From contig NW_021835145.1 of assembly GCF_006345805.1 (NCBI RefSeq), positions 1 to 43,662 of the forward strand: a stretch of 43,662 nt of DNA. The letters are read 5' to 3'. The stretch is from Octopus sinensis (taxonomy: Eukaryota). Positions within the stretch are counted from its first letter, which is position 1; each line of letters opens with the position of its first letter. Shown here in pieces: positions 11,098 through 22,110 of the stretch. The notes beneath the pieces were generated by a model that saw only the letters and a program-made list of their open reading frames with translations, ran no database searches and was not told the origin of the DNA. The position numbers were made by a program, and so were the translations under genes.

Positions 11098-13399
11098 GCA
11101 TATAATTGTGTGCCTGTGTGCAATCATAGATGCCTTAATGTACGCACGTTTTTTATCCTAAAACTTGCCATCTACGTTTTGATCCTCTTTAGAAATACAT
11201 TTTTACTTCCTCCGAAAAAACAGTAATGCTTGCGTAGTGAATGCATTTCCCATGAATTATTACTAATTTTAACACACTCAACCGTTTCTCCGGTATCTTT
11301 AGTGGATTTCCAATTTCCAGCCTCCTCACATATGATTTTTTTCTTCAAGCATTAATCTTCGAATATTCAGTTTGAGCATTGACTATATCCCTCTCAACAG
11401 GAAAGGAAGCGGTGCACAATATGCACTGTGCATCTCGTTCTTTCAACTAACTCTTAAGTGCAATATGTTTTCCTGGGTAGTTTATAACCTTACCTAATGA
11501 TTCTTTGTTGAATATTTGTTATTAGTTATGATGATATCGCTTCCGGTATTATTATACTACTTTTATCATATCCGCTCCTACCATGTCCGCTGTAATTGTG
11601 TTTTCTACCCACATTGTTGTGTTTACTTTGCTGTTTCTTTAATTCTACTGAATATCATCCGACATGTAGACTATGGTCTCTTTAATAAAGTATGCCCTTT
11701 GTTATGAATGTGTGTATAGTTCGAACACAGCTCGACTATATATTTTCTGTGTGAGTTACAACAATCTATTTTGAGGCAGAAGCCACTCTATTTTGTTAAG
11801 ATTATTCTCTGAGAAAACAGAGATCACTCCTCATGGATATAAAGTATCACAACAAACGGCACACTCGAACGACAGCCGTATTAGATGTTGTATAGTAATG
11901 AAGGAAGATATATAGTAGAAGACCAGTAATTTCACCAGAATCATACGTAAATCACAAAAGACGGCAGTCTGTGGTGTATGATGTTAAAATAGCCAAAGCT
12001 TGCAACATTATTCACAAGTCATAAATTTGAAGAGAAATCGACCGACAACTATGAATTTAAAACTGTCATTTTGCTTCCACTTTAGTTGATAGCCTAAAGA
12101 TTTTTGCCTGGCCTTTTGTATTGACCAACATCTCTTTGAAACCTCCCGCATACACCGAGCAGACACAAACTCTATGGCCATTAACAGAAGTATAAAACAA
12201 GAAAAAAGAAAGCGGTATTGGGAAAGTAAACAAATAGTAAAATATTCCGGTATCGCCATAAAAAAATAGTTTAATGTTGTATGGTCATCACGGATTTCTT
12301 TTATAGCTTTTGTTCATTCTGTCGTTTTTATTATGTTTGTTCGTTTAAAGATGGTTTTGTGGCATTTTTGGCGAAGTTGCTACAGCCAAATGCGATACTG
12401 CGGAACAGCCTGGCCGGCTGCTCTTTTACTGCGTTTGTCACATCTGTCAAAATGAAGAGAAATCAGTATAGAAAATAGTTATTATTGTCTGATTTATAAA
12501 CATTATATAACAAATTATTGGTCGTCTCCTCCTTCAGTCTTCAGCAGCAATCGTTGTCAAAATCGGCCATAATTGTCCGTTATATACAATTTTCATTACG
12601 CCCGAGTCATATTAACAGCAACAACAACTTATTGGAACATCTGTGTGTCAGACCTTTCGCTAATATTTTAATCCACAGACGTCCTTTCACCCATTTGTTT
12701 CATTCTTTCTATATTTATTTTTATATTTTATATTTATTTTTATCTTAATTGCTCTCATTTTTCTACTGTTCTGCGGAAACAAAATGTAGGAAGAATAGAA
12801 AAGTCGATAGTAATTGTGGCAAGGACATTTCACAAATAGGTGGTATTTGCTAGGAAACAACCAAATAGCTAGCATTATATACTCGTAAAAACCCAGCATA
12901 TGACGTCATCCCTACTACCTTCTTTCCCCTCACTTGCTTTTTCAGCCATTTATCTAATTTTATTTTCTTTCATTTGTGGACAAACGCTGTCACATCTATT
13001 GCAAGGCTGTCAAATATTTCATTCTCCAAGCCATACAATTAAAATACAAAATGAATTCCAAGGAAATTCTTTTGAATTTATTAATATTTGCTTCAGGCTA
13101 AGAAACGCTCTGTGAGAAACTTCATACTCATTACTTCATAGAAATGTTTAGGGATAGAGTAACGAATAAAATACGGGTATATAGATGGGTGTAGAGATAG
13201 AAATAAGAAAAGATTTAAATGGTGTACGAGGATAATGTTGGCAACGATGCTGGCAAACGTTTAACGTTGCACAGAAATGAACTCGTTACTATTAATGCGA
13301 GAAGATAACTGTTTAGTTCTATATCAGCGCTCACCAAGCACACAGCTAGTACAAATTGGTTATTTTTGCATTGCACGACAAAGATACACATAATGATTC

Positions 13400-13512
13400 T
13401 TAAATTAGGCCAGTAATTTTGAAGGCTGAGATTTTGACGATAGCATCTAACCTAGTACTCTATTTTATTGACTCATATTTTATTTTACTGACTCCAGAGG
13501 AATGAAAGGCAA
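13400..13512 (-). mobile_element. SINE family C fragment
   Basis: AGTACTCTATTTTATTGAC...GAATGAAAGGCAAAGTCAACTTC. Confidence 0.55.
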
Positions 13513-13610
13513 AGTCAACTTCCTAGATAAAAAAAAAGCCTTACAATCTGGCCCAAATATAGCTTATTTATTGATAAATGCTATTTCATTTACTATAACT
13601 GTTACGTATC

Positions 13611-13911
13611 TGTGGAGGCGCAATGACCCAGTGGTTAGGGCAGCGGAGTCGCAGTCGTAGGATCGCGATTTCAGTTCCCACACCGGGCGTTGTGAGCGTT
13701 TATTGAACGAAAACACCTAAAGCTCCGCGCAGGGGGTGGGGGGCGATCTCTCTGTACTCTTTCGCCACAACTTTCTCTCACTCTTTCTTCTGTTGGCCTG
13801 CTCGCTTAGCCAGCGGGGTGGCGTCATTTGAAGGCTAAAACAATGCGAAGCGCATTGTGACCAGCGATATGAAGCAACATTTGATAGCCTGGTCGGTCAC
13901 GGTGGTCACGT
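13611..13911 (+). mobile_element. tRNA-headed SINE (head D, tail 1) with 9-bp target-site duplication
   Basis: Head TGTGGAGGCGCAATGACCCAGTGGTTAGGGCAGC with A/B-box-like motifs; TTACGTATC at 13602-13610 and 13912-13920. Confidence 0.85.
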
Positions 13912-13916
13912 TTACG

Positions 13917-13948
<32 letters not shown>

Positions 13949-14020
13949 ACTTTCTCTCTCTCTCTCTGTATATAAATGTTATACCAACTGACACGCAGCA
14001 CACATACACACACACACTCA

Positions 14021-14058
<38 letters not shown>

Positions 14059-14102
14059 AACACTCACTCATATGATTGTATGTATATATATGTAATGTAT
14101 AT

Positions 14103-14540
14103 TTACGAGGTCAAATCAAAGAGTATCGGAACTGTTGCTATGGTAACAGAGCTAAAGAACGCAGAATGAAGCTACTTGGCATAAATTGACCTTGAACTCT
14201 ATATCGCATGCACACTTCCATTGTTCATCTCAGTGCTTGGGAGTAAAGTTTGTAGAGGTGTGGTCGTCTCAAAAAGAAGATAAGGTTTCATCAGCGTAGG
14301 ATCTACTTGATTGTGTCGTGGAAGGCAAAAACTTGTTGAAAACGTTCATAACAGGTGGCGAAACGTGAGTCTATGCTTATAGGCAGAAATCAAATCCCAC
14401 TTGGAAGGAACAAAATTTCAAGACGTCGAGAAGATTCAAGAGGCAGTTGCTTACTATCCAAAAAGTAATTACAGAAATGCTTCCATCAATAGAGACGACG
14501 CTGGATACAGAAGGGGATTATTTCGGAAGAGATTAAATAC
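14103..14540 (+). mobile_element. Decayed mariner deletion derivative
   Basis: Starts TACGAGGTCAAATCAAAGAGTATC (mariner-like TIR); FITGGET*VYAY (TGDETW motif); C-terminal LEGTKFQDVEKIQEAV ... EGDYFGRD*. Confidence 0.75.
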
Positions 14541-14620
14541 ACACACACACACACACACAAAAGCAAAAATGCTAGTTCTAAAATCACTCTAAGAAGATCA
14601 ACGCTGTAGTTGTAGTAACA

Positions 14621-15005
14621 AGTGATGTTCGTAGCCACTTCAAAATGGCTGTCCGTTTGAACGGACTTTATTGCGATTTTTTAACTTCGAGAGGAGATCG
14701 ATCACATCTAGCTGGTTAATGCGCAGCTGCATCCGAGATATTGCGACCAGGGGAGCGAACCGCTACTAACTTCTACCGACTGGACCAGCAGACCAACCTG
14801 GTTTCGGGCTATTTCTGCCTCTCTTCAGTACTGGACACCTCGTCGCTAGAGTCGTAGAGGTTCGCTCCCCTGATGGTAATATCTCGGATGCAGCGGTGCA
14901 TCGTTAACCAGTTAACCAGCTAGAGGAAATTACCTCTGGGGGTTAAAAAGTCGCTGTAAATCCGTTCAAACGGACAGCCATGTTGAAGTGGCTACGAATA
15001 TTACT
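14621..15005. mobile_element. Fold-back MITE with ~145 bp imperfect inverted arms
   Basis: TTCGTAGCCACTTCAAAATGGCTGTCCGTTTGAACGGA... mirrored by ...TCCGTTCAAACGGACAGCCATGTTGAAGTGGCTACGAA; inner arms ATCCGAGATATT..CAGGGGAGCGAACC are also mirrored. Confidence 0.85.
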
Positions 15006-15941
15006 CATATACATATATATGTGATATATATAGAAGTCTTTGTGAAAATTGTTTAATGCAGTTTTTATGTATAAAGGAAATTTCTGGTTTAAATTAATTT
15101 TTTTTAAAGTTAGAAAATCTTTTATAAGGATGTTAATAATCTTTTTTGATTATTTATTTTTATTTTGTTTTGTCCTTGTGTTAGTCTGTTAGTGTAATGA
15201 AATGTTACCATCATACATTCATAATAGATACATATATTCATTCTATTTCTGTTTTCTGTGATGTTCGTTTTGTTAAGAAACAACTGGTTTTATAGCTGGA
15301 CAATATATATGGCTACCAACCTGACCGAAGTATGTTCGTGTGTGCATGTGTGTCAGGCAGGCAAATCTGGAGCAAATAAAGTGAGATGCTTTGCTCAGGA
15401 GCGGAACACAATGGCTGAAGTGGAAGTTCTGAGTGCATGACTCTATGGACAGTGTTATATATATATATATGTATACACAACATGTACACACGTGTGTGTG
15501 TGTTTGTGTGTGTGTGTATTAAGCTAAGATAAAAATTGTTCAGTCTAAATGATGCATGCACATATGTATACATATACACATACACAAATTTAAATATATA
15601 TCTATATTTATAAATTTGTATGTATGCATGCATATCTGTATACATATACATACACATATATATGGCAACGGCCACGTTCGGATGGTTCGCTTATATACAT
15701 ATATATATGCGTATGTGTGTGTGTGTATATATATATATATATACACACATACACATATATATACACACACACACACACGCAGAGAGACTTATATCTAAAT
15801 CGCACCATAATTTATATAGACATACATACATATAATATCAAGAGTTTCCATATGTAGCTGATATATATTCATTGTTAATGAAATACACGTAAGATGATGT
15901 AGCTAAATATATAAATAAGATCTCCTTTTTTGTTTTACTAC

Positions 15942-15972
<31 letters not shown>

Positions 15973-16153
15973 TGCAAACACATACACATTCAGACACAAA
16001 GAAGAAATAAAGACAAAATGTTTGTGCAGTGCATGTGCAAAAATGTGGATAAAATTTTAAGATTTCCAATACAAATTTACATACTTCCTTTATAATATGT
16101 ATATATATATATATATATATATATTAATATATATGTGTGTGTTTGTGTGTTTC

Positions 16154-16189
<36 letters not shown>

Positions 16190-16244
16190 CATATACCTAC
16201 ATATATATGTATATGCTACGGTATTGTGTATGCGCTTTGTAAAG

Positions 16245-16665
16245 TGTATCTGTGTATGAACACACTTCAGGTCAGTAGATGAAAAGATAAGATTGTAAAC
16301 AACTAATCTGTTTGTCACGTTTCTTTCTTTGCAGACAAAGGTATTGTTTTTGAATGAGACATCTAACAACATATTCAACCGAAAGTTTTTTTTTTTTCTT
16401 CTTTTTTTTTTATTGTATAGATTTTCTTCAGACCAGATAACATACCTTGAAAAGATGTTTATTAAATTTGGAAACAGCAGCGTTTTCATTCAATCATGTT
16501 CTAATGGTCATTTGTATCTCAGCAAATTTGAAGGAGGTGAAGTTATATGTACAAAAAAAAATGCTTTACATTCACTCCTTTAGTGAGGTCATGTCCTCGA
16601 AGAAACTGATCCTAGTCTTCGATTTACAATAAAACAGAAGACTCCATAGCAACGTTGATGAGGTA
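16245..16665 (+). other. Candidate cluster of small exons of an unidentified transcript, including a 6-nt micro-exon at 16335-16340
   Basis: CAG|GTCAGT donor at 16271; CTAAT branch plus pyrimidine tract plus CAG at 16334; AAG|GTATTG; CTAAC plus U-tract plus TAG at 16420; GAG|GTGAAG at 16537. Splice signals only. Confidence 0.4.
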
Positions 16666-17516
16666 TTAAATCTATGATTTTACCGTTATACAATTTGTGA
16701 AGCGTGTGTTAAAAGAAAGAAAGAAAGAAAGAAACTAGTAAGAAAAAGAAAGAAAATCTACGTCCAGATCTCAGGACAGCAATTTGTGATATATTACCTC
16801 TGTTCAGATAAATATTACAGATTAAAGACTCATCAAATGCCATTCGCCTCCTTGCTTTCAGCCTCGTCAGCTGTCTTCTAATTAACCCTTATATATCATT
16901 GCCCCCACTTCTCTTTAAACTCATATATTTGTTTATAGGCAGAAACGTCCTGATTTTGAAATCAAGTAATTTCCCTCAAGATTTTCGTTCCATTTCGATT
17001 TGTTATTTGTTCTTATTTAAATTCTGTCTTATGCCTAATTAAGTTTAATCCTATTTCGTCAGCTCGACTAATTAAGCTGAATGGACGTACATTACATTAG
17101 GGAAAAGATTTAAAAGAGAGAGAAAAACCAAACATAAATTAGTGAAAAGAAAATTCTGACGGTAAGACGTACAATTAATTAACCAGCTTAGTTCAATAAT
17201 TAATGTTGTCTTCACTGCTCTCATTTGACACGATCTTCTTTTGCTTCTCTCGGAAAAAAATCCGCCATTAATTCTATTTTATTTCATTCAGTTTTGTTTC
17301 ATATTAGAATGCTCAACATTAATCAAGTTACAATGTCCCATTTAACACGTTAACGTGATGATTGAATCGTCTATCTTTCAAATGCAGCTCATCTATATTT
17401 AGCAGCAGAAATATAGTTAAAATACACTTATTTATGCAACCGAAACTGGACATCTAGAATTCTGTTGAGCGACAGGGGATTTACGAAACACCCTAGTGAT
17501 TAACTTGTTATGTATG

Positions 17517-17547
<31 letters not shown>

Positions 17548-17548
17548 T

Positions 17549-17549
<1 letters not shown>

Positions 17550-17580
<31 letters not shown>

Positions 17581-17581
17581 G

Positions 17582-17641
<60 letters not shown>
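17550..17641. repeat. (GATA)n array, unoccupied
   Basis: Direct. Confidence 0.95.
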
Positions 17642-17956
17642 CATACACACATACACTCATGCGCATTGTGAAAGATTTCAGGGAATTATTCATCACAGTG
17701 GGTTAACAAAAGATGTATCCATCCGTGTACACTTCTCACTCCTCTAATGTATTTATTTTACTTCATAACTTTATATCGCATCGGATGGACAATAGCATCG
17801 ATGGATGGCCAATGCACCAATTATGCATTCACTCCATATCTTATGGCGAGATTGATATAATAATGTTTCTGCAAATCGGCAGAACAAAAACAAAGGCCTA
17901 CTTGCTATATATATATATAATATATATAATATATATATTATATTAATATATATATA

Positions 17957-17957
17957 C

Positions 17958-18048
<91 letters not shown>
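17957..18048. repeat. (GA)n followed by (GATA)n, abutting a Tx1 3' end
   Basis: Direct. Confidence 0.95.
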
Positions 18049-18049
<1 letters not shown>

Positions 18050-18243
18050 GTTTCTTTATTGGCCACACAGGGCTGCACACAGATGGGACAAGTTACAAGG
18101 TAGAGCTTTTTTTTTCTTTTGGGGAAAAAAACAACAAAAACAAAAGAAACAAAAAAAAGGGGTAGCGTAGGTTTTCGTAAAAGGGAAGAAAAGAACAAAA
18201 AATAATAAATAAAATAAAAAATAATAAAAATAAAAATAGAATA
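18049..18243 (-). mobile_element. Severely 5'-truncated Tx1 copy (3' terminal ~195 bp)
   Basis: TTTCTTTATTGGCCACACAGGGCTGCACACAGAT..CAAGGTAGAGCTTT nearly repeats 18271-18335; GATA repeats on both sides. Confidence 0.85.
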
Positions 18244-18665
18244 ATAGATAGATAGATAGATAGATAGATATTTTTCTTTATTAGCCACACAGGGCTGCAC
18301 ACAGATAGAACAAATTACAAGGTAGAGCTTTTCTTTTGAAGGTTTAAAAAAAAAAAAAAAGAAAAAAAGGAAGGGGGAGTTTCGATCAAAAGGGATCGTA
18401 AAAGGAGAGAAAGAGGACAAAAAAAAGGGGGTTAAAAGAAAAAAAAAAGGTGGAGAGGAAAAAAAAAAAAAAAAAAATTGATCAATAGGGATCGTTATCA
18501 CAGAAATGTCAATAGGAAGTGTAAAGGGGAGGACAGGTGAGGTTTACCCGTGGAAGAAAAGCCTACGGAAAAGACCACGGTAACTCGGTCAATGAAGTCA
18601 CATTTTATATTTCTTTTTTTTTTTTTTTTTTGCAATAAGCAACTCTCTGTTTTCGATTTCTGGGT

Positions 18666-21600
18666 TCATAGGACTATGCTCAAGGTGGCTTCGTCATTCA
18701 TACGTGCCATTCTTGCTACATTCACCCATCTTTTTTAAAACATTCGCTAGACAAAACTTGCCTCTCTACTCTCACTTTCCTTTTCAAGTGGTACTTGAAG
18801 AAGTTGATGAGAGATTGACCAGAGAGGAAAGTGTTTGTCTCCAATCCTTTCAGACGCGTCACCACCAGATACATTCTTTTCGCCATAGCCACAAGGATGA
18901 TGAAATATAGCTCTTCCTTCCCGTTTGAAGGAAGGAGGCGTGACAATATTGACGATAGACTCAGCTGATAAACCGACTCGTCCCACACGTGACAGCAGTG
19001 TTCGACATAAGCCCACAGGTCGGAAATTGTTGGACACTGAACGAGTGCGTGCAGAACGGTTTCGTCGCTCTGACCGCATCTCGGGCAGGTCGGCCCCGTG
19101 TTTCTCGAGCCGTGTCTGTAGAGCTTATCCCGAACGGGTAGCGCTTCTCGGTAGCACTGCCAGGCCAGGGATCTCTGGAAGTTGTCCATGGGCCCTGGCC
19201 CGAAAGTCGTCCCGAACAGGCGGGTCAGGTACTCCTCGTCGACGTCCAGGTTCGCCCCGAGCTCGTCGTCGTACCTCCCCTCCACTAAACCCCTATAGAA
19301 TGCTTTGGTTGTGTTGAAGTCACTTAAGGTCGACCCAGGACGGCAGAGTTGCTTGAGAGCAACGCGACACTCGCGGTGCCATTCGCCCTTCCTCGGCCTC
19401 TTTTTGATCCACGACTGCAGTTCGGTCATGGAGACGAGCTGCGGGAAAGCGTGCCTCACAAACGGCGACCACACCTGTTCACCGTCGTCTACATAGAGCC
19501 AGAGATGTCGCAGTCTCAGCGCGTGTCTGCGCATCATCAACCACGGCATGCCCAGCCCTCCTTTTAACGGGTGTTGACAGCAAATGGATCGCCTGACCAT
19601 CGGGACGCATCCTTTCCACAAGAAGCGAAAGAGGATGCGTTGTAGTTTGGTGATGGTAGGGTCGGGACAAGGTACGACGGTCAGGCGGTAGTAGATGACG
19701 GACGCGATGTACGTGTTCGCCACCATCCGCTCGACCTTTTAGGGACAGTTTCCTCTCGGCCCATTGCCGGGCGAGAGTGACCACCCTACTCGTTATCTCG
19801 TTCCATTTCTTCTCTACTTGGAGGTCCGACCAAACCAGACCCCGAGCAACTCAACCGGGCCGTCGGTCCAGCGTCCCACGACGGAGGCGCTGGTGGACGG
19901 CATGGGTTTGCTTCTCCAGGTGCCTAGTCGCAAGCCCACTGACTTTTCCCGGTTTTTTCGCTCCTGTCACCGCTTCGTAGTTTTCAGTGTCTCGCCGACC
20001 AGCTCGATGTGCTCGTGGCTAGACACTATGACGGTGACGTCGTCCGCGTATGCAGACACGCTCGTCCCGCATCCCAATTCTCGCGATGCCCCTTAGAGTT
20101 GCCAGCTTCCGCAGTAGTGCTCAAGAGTCAATACGTATAGAAGCGCCGAGAGGGGGCATCCCTGACGGACCGAACGTGCATGTCGAAAGGTCTCGATAGA
20201 TGTCCATTTACGCGAATTACCGAACGGATGCCTCTGTACAAGGCAGCTATCCAGCCGCGGAAGACGGGACCGAACCAGCCGCTCTCAGGACTGCCTCCAA
20301 GTATCGATGGTCTACCCTATCAAAGGCTTTCGATTGATCCAAGTTGATCAGGGCCCCAGCCATGCCAGGTTCGTTAACTACCCTGTCTATGATGTAAGCG
20401 CATTAGATGGAGGTTGTCATGGATGGTCCGGCCTGGCACGGCGCATGTTTGCGCCTTGTCGACCAGTTTCTCGATGACAAGCGCCAACCTCTTGGCTAGC
20501 ACCTTGGCCAAAATTTTCAAGTCTGCATTAAGCAGAGTGATGGGCCTAAAGTTATCTATTACATTTCCCTTGTTTAGATCTTTCTTCAGCAGTGTTACGG
20601 CTCCTCGGCTCACAAAACCAGGAATGCTCCGTTTTGCTGCCAGTTGCAGTACAACCGCCGCCAAGAGATCTCCAAACAAGTCTGGCATACAATTGTAAAG
20701 CTCGTAGGGTAGACCATCCAAACCCGGTGATTTGTCCCTCGAGCATTCTGCCATCGCTTCCTCCCGCACTTCCGCCGCCGTGATGGCACCTTCGCAGCAC
20801 CCTGCCTTTCTTGTCGAGAGTCGTGGTAGGCTATGTAGGTAGGCACTGAAGTCCACCCTACGTTCTTGCCCTCCACTCGTTCCGAACAGTCGGGCAAAAT
20901 GCTGCTGAAGGCCTCACACATTTTACTTGGCTCGAGCAATTTCGCGCCCCTGTTCATCTACCAGTGACCGAATGGTGGCTTGTTGCCCTGTTGCGCCTCT
21001 GCCACCCGGGCCTCTCTCGCGGCTCCAACACCTTCGTTCCTTAGAGCACGCATCCTAGCTCTGACAGCACATCCTCGTGTTTGGCGTTGAAGTGTTGGTC
21101 GAGGGCCAACCTCGCCGCCAAAACGTCGGATGCGATGCCGCTTCTAATTGCCTCTTCTAGCTTCTTAACTAGCTCACCCTCTACTCTATTTCTATCTATG
21201 GCTAGTGCTTTGCTGTACCTAATCGCTTCTGCTTTTACTGCTCTCTTGAGGGCAAACCACCATTTGTTGTTGATGATGGCTCCCGTCAAAGCCCTCTTTA
21301 CTAGTGTGCTAATCCGGTCTCTGAAAACTTGTCTCGATGGGAAGGACGCGTTTAGTTTCCAGTATCCGGGACCCTGCCTAAGTGTCTTACCTAAGTCTAG
21401 CGTACATGTCACAAGTTTGTGATCCGTGTAGCTGACTATGTGGAATTGTGGACATCCTATGCTATCACTATCTACTGTCCTACACAGTATCCTATCTAGA
21501 TACGATCTCGACGACCCGATGCGGTTGCTCCATGTCCACGTTGGCGCATTCGGGTGGTCTAGTCGGAACCTGTCAGACAGTTGAAAGCGTCTGAGCAGGT

Positions 21601-22110
21601 CTCTGAGGCATTTGCATCCCCGTCTATTCCTATCTCTACCCACGTAGTCTACATGCGTGTCCAAGGTAGCATTCCAATCCCCCACTAAGAGTAAAGGACG
21701 AGACGTTCCAAGAAAACTTCTAGACGTTGAAAGAAATCCGCCCGACCTGTTAAGGGCGGTGCGTAAACTGATACGAGTCGAAAAGCGCACCCATTGCTGC
21801 CGTCGACATCCAGGACGACCAGTCTACCCCGGGTCTACGAATATTGCCTTACATTGAGATCCAGACTCTTGTGAAAAAGTACCGCGGTGCCACTACCGCC
21901 CATTCTCGGCAGACAGGGGGAAAAATAAATGTTGAACTGTCCCCAAACATGGTCTTTAGGGCCCGCGGATTGTGGATCTGGTCTCGCTTATGGCTATGAT
22001 TTCTAACTTATGTGACTTATGTCATTTAAGAGGTACCCTTGTTTCCAAGGGGACCCCAAGCCACGCGCATTTACACAACCAATCTTGATCAGAGTTCTAA
22101 TGAATAGAAT
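18666..22110 (-). CDS. Tx1 ORF2 (APE endonuclease, RT, C-terminal CCHC), frameshifted as assembled
   Basis: IKIGCVNARGL, AISETR, LLVGDWNATLD, SYLDRIL, SYTDHKLV (APE); KSPGLDGLPYELY, FRPITLLNADLKILAKVLAKRL, QTCAVPGRTIHDNL, SVRQGCP, SAYADDVTV (RT); CPRCGQSDETVLHALVQCP. Confidence 0.9.

Noticed and set aside
12008-13115. Short ORFs in unique-looking sequence
   Set aside because: No motifs, coherent splice structure or compositional signal that I can defend.
16421-16470. RFSSDQITYLEKMF resembles homeodomain helix 1
   Set aside because: No helix 2/3 or WFQNRR follows in any plausible frame or exon.
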